NCBI GenBank assembly: GCA_951406725.2
Contig: OX597825.1
Span: 85,684,001-85,748,000 of the forward strand
DNA length: 64,000 nt
Reading direction: 5' to 3'
Origin: Octopus vulgaris
Lineage: Eukaryota
Position 1 is the stretch's first letter, and every line of letters starts with the position of its first letter. The translations under genes and the position numbers were made by a program. This document shows, one piece after another, positions 40,487 through 54,941 of this stretch. The notes under the pieces are model-generated. The model was not told the DNA's origin. It ran no database searches and worked only from the letters and a program-made list of their open reading frames with translations.

Positions 40487-41356
40487 TACATATATAACAA
40501 TCTTCTTTCAGTTTCCATCTATCAAATCACCTCACAAGGTTCTGGTCAGCCTGAGGCTATAGTAGATCGAAGTGTCTATATCTTTATTCTATCTTCTTAC
40601 AGCCATTGTCTAGTTTTGGTCTTTAAAAAAGAAGCGACAGCAAATAATCTCCTGATTATGTTAGAAATTGCAAGAAATCCGTCTAATATTGCGTTTCTTC
40701 TGAATTCTAAACAAGAAATAAATGGTGGACAAAGAAAACGTGTGTAAACAGCAGCAGACAGCCGTAAATATAATTGTGTGTCGACATCGTTAATGCCCAA
40801 ACTAAACTGTTTACTCAACTAAACTGACAAAACAAAACTAACTTGTCGACATGTTGCTTTCTATGGGAGATAATCCAATCATATTATGGCTCAGCAACTT
40901 TCCGAATCACGTGATAACTAAGCTGATCAACTCACAGGATAATCGAACCGATCAGTTTATCAGTTTGTCAATCAATTTGGCATTTGTTTGTTTGTTGTTT
41001 TTGTTGTTGATTTTTATTCTTTTTTCTCTTTTTGTTAATGATGTTCTTATCGTTATTATTCTTCTTCTTCATATTTGTGTCGCCATTGTCATCGACGCCG
41101 TTGTTGTTGTTGGTGTTGTTGTTTTTCATTCTTGCTGTTTGTTGTCGTTGTTGTTTCTGTAGCTGTTGCCGTCGTCGTCGTCGTCGTGGGTACCAAACGA
41201 TCGATTCTCAATAAATTACATTATTCGCACAGATATTCTTTACATGTCCGTCACGCTTAACAGCAACAACAACAACAATTATTTTGTATCGGCTAACGAT
41301 TAGCAGCTTATGAAATATGGGGGCTAAATTATGACGATGATGACGACGACGACGAC

Positions 41357-41389
<33 letters not shown>

Positions 41390-41482
41390 GAGAGAGGACG
41401 ACGACGACGATGATTAATTATTGTGACGATAACATCATCAACAACATCAGCAGCATGAAGGTGCAAATATAGACACACACAT

Positions 41483-41532
<50 letters not shown>

Positions 41533-41534
<2 letters not shown>

Positions 41535-41700
41535 GACAGGCTTTCTTTCAGTTTCCGTCTACCAAATCCACTCACAAGGCTTTGGTCGTTTGGTCAGCCT
41601 GAGGCTATAGTAGAAGACAGTTGCCCAAGGTGCCAAGCAGTGGGACTGAACCCGGAACCATGTGGTTGGTAAACAAGCTACTTACCACACAGCCACTCCT
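41533..41700 (-). mobile_element. 5' half of CORE-type SINE
   Basis: Minus strand: AGGAGTGGCTGTGTGGTAAGTAGCTTG...GGTTCCGGGTTCAGTCCCACTG...CCTTGGGCAA. Confidence 0.88.
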
Positions 41701-43905
41701 ACACACACACACACACACACACGCATATATGTATATATTCTTTCCTGAGCGTCCAATAATACTTTATTTGTTCTACATCCTTGCGTTGCTGTCTTTTTGT
41801 TTTCTTGTTTGGATTAACTTTATATATATATACATATATATATACATGTATACATATCCATGTATGTATCAAAATCATATGTATATGTGCGTTTATAGAT
41901 GTCTGTGTACATATGGCTTCTTTCGCGTCGCGTACTGTATCCACATTCACAAATACATTCACACATACACACAAACACACACACAATCATGCGCGGACGA
42001 ATGGCTAAGATATAAGCTTGTACACAACGCCTACACATGCAATTAACTAAGATTATTTGTATAATTATTTTATTTCTTTTTTTATTTTTCAGAGGAATTT
42101 ATTCTTGTACAAGAAGTTTACCATTCTTTGAATAAACGTGAGTAGAAATTTAGAACATTTATGAATATTTTGTAGAACAAAGACCGTAAAAACCTCGTCC
42201 ATATTTGATATAATCTCTTATATAGTTTCTTATACACCCGTCATATCGTCATGCACCCTTATGTTGTATTACAGCCTCATTTTGTCATACACTCTCATAC
42301 CACCATTTTGACTGAGCCCTTGGTCTCAACATTGCCTCATTTCTGTCTGAACCGCCTGCCCCAGCGCCACACACTTATTTTACAAAAACATGGAAATAAA
42401 TCGTGGGTAACATCCTGCCTCAAGAAATGAAGGAAGTGAATAGAAAACAGCATTATGGAGTTTGTATTTGACAATAAAAGCATAATTTTCTATAGAAAAG
42501 AAAAACAACCCTACTGATAGTGCGCGGATTATTTTTTTTACTTTCCAGGGGACCCTAGAGCCGATTACGAAAAAGAATACCTATCACAAAGCCCTCAGGA
42601 AATCGATGCTTATAACTTTGTTTTTCACGTATTTCATTTCTATAGTTTATCTCTAAACTTAATTTGTCAGTCACTTAGCGCTGACAGCCTTGGTTATTCT
42701 TACAATGTACAACATAGCGAGATGTACCAAATCGTACGATGTCTGCAACCTAAATTAAATTATGAATTCAGGACTAATAATGTTGGTGTGTTGGCTACTA
42801 TAAAAAGGGTATCTGACATTATATAAGGGTATCAGGCACTACATATATACTTTATAAATATTAATTTAGGACAGTACTGAATGAGGCCAAGAAACGTTCG
42901 TGGTCCGGCGGCTTCTTGTTAGTTCTTATTTGTCATTAGAGATGATTCAAATATCAAATGTAATGTTAGAACTGTTTTATTTCACTTCAGTTTCTGCAAC
43001 GTCTTTCGTAACGTTATGAGAGACAGAAACTCGCGTTCCTACCTGCTTTACAAATGTTCTCTGTTCGCCATTCTCTGCAAAAGCATTGTTATGGAGATGA
43101 GAAATATAATTAGGATACTAATATCCTAGACACTATATATCAACTGTAAAATTATGCCACTGTTACGGTGATGGGCGGAAATTGCTCAATAGACAACATA
43201 AGCCAAGTGGAAAACGAACGCAAATACACATGCATACATACACATATTGACATAGATATACACATGCACATACATGGCTACATATAACCACATACACATC
43301 GCCCTGCGGCTGTGCCGTTATTGAGATTTCATATCATCAATCGTTTTAAAGTCAGTCAAACACAAAATTCCTCTTTTATTCAAAGTCAGAATTTCAAAGA
43401 AGTTTTACAAAAAAAAAAAAAAGAAAAAAGATTTAAAAAACAAACAATTACTAAATAAATGTGAAAAGAAAAGAAAAAGCAGAAGAAGAAAAAATAATTT
43501 CTTTCATCGATTAAAAAAATCAGTGATTTTAAATGAATATCGATCTAGCAAATAATGTTGCGACATTTTACAATGTTTTGTGGCGAGAATTTTATTGTAA
43601 AAAGATTGTAGGTTTGGCAGAGTTAAGAGATGACTAAAATATTGTTTTTGTGGCAATTTTTAAGGAGAAAAGAAGAAGATTGCGATTCTTGGAGCCGTTC
43701 AAGATTATGTACACGAGTGTGTATATGTGTGTGTGTGTGCGTGCGTGCGTGTGTGTGTGTGTCTGTGTTTGTGTGTGTGTTTTGCTGTAATTGAAAATTA
43801 TAGAGATGTACTTGCATAGCAAGTGACCTGACCTGAGATCGTGTGCTGGAACGTAAACAGTTGAAGCATGGAAAGTGTTTAAAAGCCATTTAAAAACACA
43901 AAAAT

Positions 43906-44067
43906 CGTTAAATTCACTTCAACATTTAAATTTAATTTTCCAAAATATTTTCGTCGCTTTGGGACCGTGACCTGATCACTGCTGCACTCGTCAGTGAACA
44001 GGTCGCAATCTCAAAGCAACGAAAATATTTTGGAAAATTAAATTTAAATGTTGAAGTGAATATAACG
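43906..44067. ncRNA. Inverted repeat carrying two hammerhead-like motifs with a G3/C8 core
   Basis: Arms 43906-43981 and 43992-44067. Plus: TCA-GTGAACA-GGTCGC...GCAAC-GAAA-ATAT-TT-TGG. Minus: CA-GTGATCA-GGTCAC...GCGAC-GAAA-ATAT-TT-TGG. Confidence 0.55.
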
Positions 44068-44796
44068 GAAAATTATATATTTATGACTTAATCAGAATAA
44101 CGACGGACGTGCCTCTGATATTTTTAGGATCTCGACGATTTGTGGGTGGAAAAGGATAAAATTAATTCTCCGACCAGCCACATGGCTCACATGATTACAA
44201 CAGACTGGGGAACTGCGAAAGAAACCTAAAGACCAGCTCGTAGTGTGAAACGGTGCGACGTATAAAATTTACACCCATCAAAACAGGGAAGTTTCTTCGG
44301 CGGGTTCCTTACAGTTTCCGTCAACAAAATTCCACTCCTCTAGCTTTAGTCAGTCTGAGACCACAACATACGTGCCAACATACGCGCGCGCGCTGTAGGA
44401 TCGATCCTGAAGTGGCATAGTTGCGTGAGGAACTTCCGAAGCACACATGCCTGCCCCTAGAATTAAATAGAGTTCAGCTGAGTATCGAACCTGTTTCAAG
44501 ACTGAGTTAGACGAAGGTAAAAATAATTGTAAGTATTAAGAATTTTTAACTTTGGTACGAGAAGACAAATCTATTTTCCTATGAATCGACCCCAGTAGTT
44601 TACTGGTATTTGGTTTATCGGCTGCGGAGGTACTGGGAAACGGAAACAATAGATGACTGGTGGCTTATCGACCCCGGAAGTATTGGAAAACAAAATCAGA
44701 AGCGATGGAATTGCAACTTAGAATATAAAGGGAGATAACTAATTTACCGGACAATAAGCGGTTTCCGCATCCACCATCCACACCCTCCCCAACATT

Positions 44797-45196
<400 letters not shown>

Positions 45197-47694
45197 TTCT
45201 GGTATGGACTCCACTCGACGGTTTTAATGAGTTTTAATGAGAGCTAATGTGTTTGATACGTCAACTGTACTTGTGTAAAGTTGTTGTAGGCCATCAGCTA
45301 CCTTTTTTCTAAAGTTTGGGCGGTGGAGTGTTGAAAATGGCGGGAGACTCGCAGAATCATTAAAGTATTAATGAATATAATACCTTGCGGTATTTCTACT
45401 TCCTCTTTGTTTTCTGGTTTCAAATCCTGCTAAGGTGATTTGACTCCAACTTTCCGCCCTACGCTAGAAAAAAATACACAGAATTAAGATTAAAACGAGA
45501 ATTCAAGTTGCTTTAAAACAGCGGTGGTGCAGTGATTGTCTGATTGTCCTTTCTGGTTATTGAAGAGACATATTACTCTTTATCTCAATACAATGAATAC
45601 ACATTCGCTGGTTGGTGTGTTAAAACTCTCAAGGCTTTGGTATTGTTCGCTTTGTTGCTCGTTTTTCTTTTCTAACGCTTCTCAAGAAACTGCGATATCT
45701 GTGGTTCTTGCAAACCACAGACGGTCGAAAACATCTGCGTTAGTAGGTAAAACAAAGTGCTTTGCAGTGTGTAGTTACTGCCCTTTATACTCCTACTGTG
45801 GTTGAGTTTGCCTTTAATTATTTTTGGTTCTACTAAAATAAAAGCGTAGACAATTTGATTCTATATTATTGATAGTTTTCTCTCAACAAATAAGAGGTTC
45901 TGAGTCAGTATAAGTTATTTGCATCCTACAGGTTTTGATTCAAGCGACTGTCATCCATAACAATCTATTTTTATAATCAAAGCCGTCTTTTCCTGTCCGG
46001 TTGTCTGTTTGTCGAATACGTGCTATCTTCAGTCAAAACATCTCTTAAATAATTTATTAGGAGAAACTAAATAAGAAAAAAATGAGTTAACTCAATAAAT
46101 TGGCAAAACATACAGAAAAAGTAATTTCTGTATTTTATATTACATCAAAGTTTATTTTCCCTCGCACGTTGCAGAAAAAATATTTCTTTCTGAAATACTA
46201 CAATATATTCTGTAATGAAAAGAAGCAGATAAAAACGGGAGAAACTGGAGAAAGAAAAAGAAAGGTTATAAAAGTAGTAACAGGTTTATAGAAACTTTTA
46301 GTCAGTAAAATAGTTAATTCTACTGTGTCCTATATTTATGCAGTTCTACTATTTTCGAGGAGGCTAAATTATTACAGACAGCAAAACTGTCAATTCTCTT
46401 GTTTGTAAAGCAAATGTGTTATTTTCCACTTCAAAAATTTATTGTTAAACAATTGTGAAATTTTGAAAAAGAAATGAGAAAAAAATTCCGTATCACGAAT
46501 AAAGATAACTTGCAAAAATGTATCATTTACCATTTTGTTTATGTTCGTATATTTCACTGAAATGTTACGCAAATTTAATGAACAAAATTACTGTCAAACA
46601 AATTTCCCTCTGACATTCATCACCAGTTACAAACATTACTAACAAACACAAACATATTTTCCAATGTGATAGCTTTTATGTGGTTACATGAGATACCAAA
46701 AATAACAACCAAGTTTCTTTCAAATTGGCCTAAAAAGCACATCACAATGAGGAAAATAGAATCTTAATCGGGAATGTTGTTTATGGAAAAGTCATTTAAG
46801 TAAATGTAAATATTTAGCAACGTAAATAATTAGTTTGAAGTATAATGAAACAAAATATATATAAAATAAACACTTTTAATGAAACAATATTAAAAGATTA
46901 TTTATTAAGCCTTCACTAAGACAACATAATTTTGAATATTTTATCCAATTAAAAAGCTTCTAAACATGTTTTTTTACGATTAAATTAGAGATAAACTTAA
47001 TAAGTTTCTAATTCTTTCAAATACCGTTTGGATTTTAGCTAAATACATCTTATATTCAAGATAACCTTTTAAACAGAAAATTTTAATTTAAAATTTTATC
47101 ATTTTCCGTTATCCAAACCACGAGAATCTACTTTATATTAGTAAGATATCAAGTGTAAAATATAACAAAATATTATAAACGAAAATAACTACAAACAATC
47201 AAAGAATTACGTGTAAAAATGTGGGAGTCTAATCAACACCCTGCTTATTCCTACTTTGTATTCTCCACCCCATATAACTAACCGTTCATATTTTCAAATG
47301 GAAATCAGTTTTAACTCATGATGTTCCGCCATCGCGGCGCCACAAAATATTTTTGCTTTAAAACCAATGTCTTCATTCCGCCAGCATTGTGAGCTAACTA
47401 AACTAAATTCCCTTCTCCCTCCTCAAAGGCAGCAAAGCTACCCCCTACAACCCCTCTCTGCCCACCGGAGTCACGCCTCATTGCTTTCGTGCCCCCTCTT
47501 CATTTCACAATCCATCAATAATCAAATGCAATTTGGAGGGGGAAATAGGAAAAAAACAAACCGATTTACATTTGTTTCTGTCGGTTAATTTGTAGTTAAT
47601 TTATAGTTTCCTCATTAATGAAATTAAAGGTTGATGGAGTGAATGGATTAAAATTACATGTTCACACGAACACACATACATTTGTGCCTGTCTG

Positions 47695-47776
<82 letters not shown>

Positions 47777-48034
47777 CCTTTGTGTAGGGAGGATAATCAT
47801 ATGCGTGTGTATGGGTTTTATGTGTGTGTATTCATATGTGCAAAATTATATGCGTTTGCATTCATGTGTGCGTGAACTAATGAGTGTCGATATTCATAAA
47901 TGTAAATCTATGTGTTCAGAAATATGTGCAATGATCCATTCATAGATATTCGTGTCTATATAATCAAGTATGTGTATATTTCTGTGTGTGTTTTCCTATG
48001 TGTAGGGATTCAAATGTGTGTATGCATGTATTTA

Positions 48035-48075
<41 letters not shown>

Positions 48076-49934
48076 ATCTCTATAGAGAGATCGAGAGATA
48101 GATAGACGTGTGTGTATGCGTGTATGTGTGCGTGTATGTGTGTGTGTGTGTGTGTGCGCGCATCAAACCATACACATAAGCACATTCTTACATGAATACT
48201 ATATATATATACAGAGAAACATGCATGCAATTTTGTCCACTCACACAGACGCACACACAATCATATTCATTCACAGACGTACACATGACAAGATTTAGCC
48301 GCCCATCTTTACAAACACACACAGAAATATTCAGCACACCTTCCCACAATTTCTATTTCACTACCATTCAGAAATATCTTTCAATAAATAAACTATTCAA
48401 GAGATTTCCGGGATGTAGAGGTAGATATTGTGATGTTCATTCCGCTTCCTGTAGGTAAAATCGCATGATTTAAACCGAATGGATGAAGCAAAAGTTAACC
48501 ATATCTCTGTGTTAAACCATTACACAACAGGCGGCGCATGGTGTCCTACAAGGCTCTGTTTTCCCTTCAGCGCTATTCTACGCTTTGTAAATAGTTATCA
48601 CGCGTAATTATTTACTATACATCCTTACTGCAGTCTTATGTTGGAAGTGATTTTTGAATATTAATGCTGATACATTATTGCCATATAAATACAGCAACTG
48701 AATAACTGCGGAAGTCTGAAAGTAATTCATTATTCGGATGACTACATCCAATTAAACTATCATTGACTGCAAACAAATACTAACACATTATATTCCAATA
48801 GGCCACAGAAACCAGTTCCTAAAATATATTATATTACGCATTTCAAATTATACAATTATATATACGTGTGTGTTTATGTGTGTATGTGTGATCGGATGTG
48901 AAGAAATAAAAAAAGTCACTTAAGCATTTAATTAAACAGGTATAAAAGCGATTTTTTTTTTTTTACTTCGTGTTGAAAACTCTCTGCCTATCTATGTTTG
49001 TCTTATATTTATATTAAATTGGTAACAGTGGAATATTAAATATATAACTGAAAATTAATGGTAAAATACAAAGTAGGTTGCTGAGAGTAAAAACTCCGAG
49101 AGTATAACACATGATGAGGGCGCATGCGTTAAATTAACTCAAGATTACATTTCAATATAAACATCATTGTTTAACTTGTGAAGTTACCCGAGTCCATCAA
49201 AACACTTTTTATTGGATTCATGGTTTGCCGTAAACCAAAGATTTATACAGAATTGCCAGTGAGTGGTAAACAAATAGACACATACACACACATACACACA
49301 CACATATAATTCTTAAGTTGCCTCCACAGATTAGGGACTCGAAGTATGGCACGAGAGGAGAACCCACCTTGTACAAGTCACCAACGAATATCCCTCCCCC
49401 AATAGCCATAGTAGTGATTGGCTAACCATAATGAAGAACTGGAAGCATGTTGTTTCCCAACCACATGCTAAAAAACTCTTCATTGGGAAAAAATCTCTAC
49501 TTTTGTTATTCCTGTTATCGTCACTATACAGACTGGGAAACCTTTAAAGCCCACACATGCGTATCCTTTTCCTCTGGAGAAAACCATTAAAGACAAATAA
49601 ATCAATTTGTATCACTGACGCTTCTAATGGTGTTGAGAAAACTACGCATGACACTCAATCACATTCCCTCTGTACCGTAAACGGTTGAGCTTGCGCTAAT
49701 GTCAAAAGAAAAAGGGATTATTTTTTATAATTTTTCACAAAGACCCAAAATCATGAATTATGAGAGAAGAGAAACGTGGAGTGGCGATAATATAGCAGTG
49801 TTTAACTAATTGAGTGAATCTGGTTTTCATCGAGGTTTGGAACTGTTAAACAGATGCAGCTCTCCGTTCGATTCTTTGATTTATTTCTGAATGACGATTG
49901 CATAAGACAAAAATCGATACTATTGATTGATTGA

Positions 49935-50135
49935 GGGCTGTGACCTGGTAGAATCGTTAGCTCACCGAACCATATCACCCGTCTTTACGTTCTGAGTTCA
50001 AATTCCGCCGTTGTCCACTTTGCCTTTCATCCTTTCGGGGTCATTAAAATAAGTACCAGTTAAGCACTGGGGTCGATGTAATTGACTTACCTCCACCCCT
50101 GAAATTGCTGGCCTTGTGCAAAAATGTGAAGCCTG
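49935..50135 (+). mobile_element. SINE (main family, alternative tail)
   Basis: Core GTTCTGAGTTCAAATTCCGCCG...CCTTTCATCCTTTCGGGGTC; tail GAAATTGCTGGCCTTGTGC. Confidence 0.88.
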
Positions 50136-50689
50136 TATTATTAATTATATGAGATCCTTAACGATCATCGATACATGAAATAATTTATTTTAATTTACTA
50201 CCTTATATTCCGGGTTTAAACTTCGTTAGGGACAGTTCTAAATTGTATACTAATGGTATATTATTTCGATGGAGGTACCATTCCTCAAATCAATTCTCTT
50301 GACATTTTTCCGGCAAATTCTATCTTTCTATCAAGAGGAATCAATATTTTTGTTGTTGCTTGATCAAATTAGATTAGAGATTCTTAATTAGTTGCAGACC
50401 TTTTGGCACCTTTACTTTGATTGGTATCTCACCTGATAGGAATTTTGTAGAAAACCAAAATAGCAACAAAAAGGGGAGAGAAAATAAAAGAATAAAAAGT
50501 AGGACATTTTGATGGTAAGAATTCGTGACCAGAAGAACGGAATGTCATCTTATTCTTGTTCAACATTCCGCTTGTGTGTTTCATTAACAAGTTGAGATGA
50601 TAATCAATAGACTATACGTGTTCAATATATTTATTAAGTGTCTGTGAGGGTAGGCAGGTATATGTGTGTGTGTGTGTATGTGTGTGTGT

Positions 50690-50774
<85 letters not shown>

Positions 50775-50922
50775 TGCGCGCGTGCTTAGCTATGTGCAAC
50801 TTGTTATATATCTATTTATAATTGAATTTGACTGATTATCTAAGAGTGCGTAACTGATTGAAAATGTGGTGCAATTTTAGACACACGCATATATATACAT
50901 ACATATATATATATATTTATAT

Positions 50923-50953
<31 letters not shown>

Positions 50954-51406
50954 AGCGTATGTATGAGTGTATATGTATGTATGTATGTGTGTGTAGGTGA
51001 TATAGGCCACGTAATACATGAGCGTGTGTGGTTTTGCAGAAATATGAATGTTAGCGCTTGTTTCGAATATAGGGGAAATTACTTCGTTGCTAAAAACAAA
51101 TATATGCGTTCATATACTCACAAGCAGGTGTGTGGTGGGTGTGGGGAGTCATGTTCCGGGGAAGTATTCAATACGAAGATAAAATGAAAGTAGTTTATTC
51201 TGCAGTTTCCACGGTGTGCAGACGCTTCTTGAAACAAGGCAGACTGGGTCCACTTTGATTTTCTTTCTATCTATCGAATTAACTAAATATATGTCTGCAT
51301 AAATGAGTGTGTGTGTGTGTGTGTATGTGTGTGTATAAATAAACATACATACATACACACACACACATACACATATATGTATATATGCAAACACAAATAT
51401 ATACAA

Positions 51407-51436
<30 letters not shown>

Positions 51437-51438
<2 letters not shown>

Positions 51439-51638
51439 CGGGAAGCTTTATGAAAATAAACAAAAGACGAAGGCAGGTGGAAAACAAACGAACAATTGTA
51501 TTAGTATGGCGCTCAGGAAATATAAATAAAACAAGTCTTTAACGTTTCGAGCCTACGCTCTTCAACAGAAAGATACACAGAGAGAGAAAAACACAGAAAG
51601 AAGGAGAGAAAAAAAAATGCGTGCAGTAGCTAACGAAT

Positions 51639-51640
<2 letters not shown>
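51437..51640 (-). mobile_element. Short Penelope-like element between (TA)n tracts with a hammerhead-like motif
   Basis: Homologous to 5590-5770. Minus strand reads TTGAAGA-GCGTAGGCTC-GAAA-CGTT (palindromic AACGTT). Confidence 0.55.
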
Positions 51641-51737
<97 letters not shown>

Positions 51738-51786
51738 GATATATGTGTATATGTAATATAATATGTGACAATTATTCAGTTGCCAT

Positions 51787-51847
51787 AATAAAACTCCGAG
51801 TTTCGGCTGTTGGGACGGAAACCTGCACCGGCATCTCTTCAGTTATC
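51787..51847 (-). ncRNA. Minimal type I hammerhead ribozyme (canonical core)
   Basis: Minus strand: GATAA-CTGAAGA-GATGCCGG...CCAACAGCC-GAAA-CTCGGAG-TT-TTATT. Same family as 22811, including the downstream ATGGC.AC.GAATAATTGTCACA. Confidence 0.7.
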
Positions 51848-51863
51848 GAATTATGATTGCCTA

Positions 51864-51913
51864 GATAACTGACGAGATCCTGGAGCAGATTTCCGCCCCG
51901 ACATCCGAAACTC

Positions 51914-51914
<1 letters not shown>
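51864..51914 (+). ncRNA. Truncated hammerhead (inverted partner)
   Basis: GATAA-CTGACGA-GATCCTGG...CCGACATCC-GAAA-CTCG, cut off by (TA)n inside stem III. Confidence 0.6.
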
Positions 51915-51949
<35 letters not shown>

Positions 51950-52327
51950 TATGCAAGGCATCTATCTATAATTATCTATCCCTGTCTCTATCACTATGGG
52001 CGCGTGTGTTTAATGCACGCATACATACATACATACATACATACATACATACATACATACACACATACACACATACATACATACATACATACATACATAC
52101 ATACATACATACATACATACATACATACATACATACATACATACATACATACGTAGAGAGTGAGATACTTAGAGATGTAGCATTCTGAATGAAAAGGCTA
52201 AGTTACATGTCTCTAGTTTTCATCGTTGGTTTCTATCGTTATCTGACAAATAAGAAAGAAGGCGAAAGGCGATGTTGTACTAACAACAGGCGGGTGAAAG
52301 TTTTATAAAAGCGAGGCAAATTTAGAT

Positions 52328-52815
52328 CAGGGGTCGCCAAACTTGTTCGACCATTGAACCCCCTTTAGCCACTTCCCCTTCTGCATCGACAGCTCTCCTC
52401 ATTTAAAATATCTTAATACCCGACCCTACTGTACCATATCTTAAATTCGTACTGGGTATGATGCTGGCAATGAAAATATTAGCTAAAATATACATGTACG
52501 ACAAATCAAGAAATTCTGTTGAAGATGACACACTTTTTACATTTAAAGTGCAAGAGTATACAGTATTAAACTTTCAATTTTTATTAGAAAATGTGAAAAA
52601 CGCATCATATTGCTGAAATATGTTTTATTGAAATTGACAGCATCAATGTGAGGGATAGGCATGGCGCTGACTATATATTTAAAACAGTTCATCTGGGTGG
52701 GCTTGTTTTTCGCACGCCGACCCCGACCCCCATTCGACCACTTGGCTATGATCGACCCTCTGTAGTTCCTCGCCGTCTCCTCGGAGTCCCTCGGACCCCA
52801 TTTTGGTGACATTTT
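52328..52815. mobile_element. hAT/Charlie-like MITE with 8-bp TSD
   Basis: CAGGGGTCGCCAAAC ... TTTTGGTGAC; flanks ATTTAGAT / GTTTAGAT. Confidence 0.7.
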
Positions 52816-52854
52816 GTTTAGATAGATAAATAAGTTGGACATTGATACTGAGAG

Positions 52855-52891
<37 letters not shown>

Positions 52892-53479
52892 AAAATATAG
52901 TCGCCAGCTACCGAAGTGAAAAATAGGATAAGATGGAAAAAGTGAGTGAAAGGAGAAAAGGAAGAGCGATTAAGTAATTATGTAAAAGAAGTTTTGTAGG
53001 AAGAAAACACTGAGATCACAACAAGACAGAGAGGGGAAATTCGAGAGGTAACGTGAGACAATAACAAAGAGACGGAGAGTGATCGAATCACGTAGATACT
53101 AATAGAGCCAGAAGGAAAGTGCGGCAGTTTGTGAATATAATGAATAATAAGTGTGGCATAAAGGGTGAGAGTGAGGATATGAAGACCCGACTCTTTAAAT
53201 ATGCAGCATGTAATTGTGAGACAAACACAAAGCTCAGTTACGGAGAAATTGCTCAGATTGTAATATAGAGTGAAAACAAAGATTGGCCTCAGAAGCAGAG
53301 GTTGTTTGACCTGAATGTGAGAGAGAAGAGAATTGCAGAGCAATAATAAGAAACTGAAGGGAAAAAGGTAGTGGGGGGGAGAAAAACGAAAAGAAAATAC
53401 TGCAATGGTTCAAGTGCGAAGATTAAGAATGACCAAAAGAAAATGACATAGACCCCATCATTTTTTACCTGTACTGCAC

Positions 53480-53482
53480 GAT

Positions 53483-53521
<39 letters not shown>

Positions 53522-53709
53522 TAGGAAGATAGGGAGATAGAGAGAGAGAGAGATAGATAGATAGAGGGAGAGGGAGATAGAAAGATAGGGTGATGGAGAG
53601 AGAGAGAGAGAGATAGATAGATAGATAGATAGATACATACATACATACATACATACATAGAGAGAGAGAGAAAGAGAGGGGGGGATAGAAAGATAGGGAG
53701 ATAGAGAGG

Positions 53710-53772
<63 letters not shown>
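53480..53772. repeat. Compound (GA)n/(GATA)n microsatellite
   Basis: Direct inspection. Confidence 0.93.
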
Positions 53773-53774
<2 letters not shown>

Positions 53775-54790
53775 GCGTGTCTGTGTATGTGTGTGATATA
53801 CATAATATATCACGTATATGCACGTATATATGTTTGTGTGTATGTATATATTTGTGCGTATAGATGTATGTGTATATATGAGTGTTTGTACGTGTATGTG
53901 AGCAGGTAAGGGTGTGAGCGGTGTGATTCTACGTGCATGCGTATATGCGATGCGACCATTGTAGTCTAGTTTAGTATTCCCATCACGAAACTATAATGTA
54001 ATATCTCTAGATCAGACTGTATTATTAAATTGATGACGATATACGTGGGCGGTGAGGGACGACAAGACGTCCCTGCATAATTATTGTTCCACATTAAATC
54101 TATCAATTTCCGCCACTTTGCATCTGTGTGTGTTTGTGTGTGAAGTGAGTGTACATTTGTATGTCGACGTTGACGTCATACGTGCAAAACTATGCACAAA
54201 CATACGCACTGATAAATGACATATATATATATATATATACATACACACACTTTCTTAGATTTTACACTCGTATTTACACGTAACCTATAGAACTTCACAC
54301 TCGTCTGTTTATGTTTAACACTTATACTGCATCGATCATATATATTTTAGTTTATACATACATTTACAAACACCCACATGCCGAGTATACGTGTGCGTAT
54401 ATATACGCGTGTGTGTGTAGGTGTGGGTGTATCTTTGTGAGTGTGTGTGTGTATGTCTGTGAGTGCGTATCTGTTTGTGTTGTTTTTTAATGTTTTTAGT
54501 TTTTTCCCAGTTTGCTTCAGCCATTAAAGTTAAGACCATGCTGGAGCACTGAAGAGTTGGATTTTCTCTGACTTTTTCCTTTGTTTCTTTCTGTTTTTTG
54601 GGGGTTGTTTTTTTTTTGTTGATATTCAATATGTCGAAACTGCCAATGTGTTCCGGAGTCTACATAGCACTTCTGTTCAGCAGATCAACCACCGGGCAGC
54701 GATTGAGGTGGAATGAGAGAGAGAAAGAGATACATATATACACATACATATTTGTATATATACACATACATATTTGTGTGTATATATATA

Positions 54791-54941
54791 TACTTTATTT
54801 AAAGCAGCAGAAAATTCAACAAAACCTGTTACTCTGAGTTTCCCGTTGCCGTCCATCGGACAGTTTTTGCTAGAATTTACTCTACCACTGGTATTTGAGT
54901 ACTCTTTTTTCCACATTGTTTCACATTTATGTGTTTACTCC

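Noticed and set aside
42876-42900. CTGAATGAGGCCAAGAAACGTTC as a hammerhead
   Set aside because: The core has an insertion, there is no stem II pairing and no convincing stem I.
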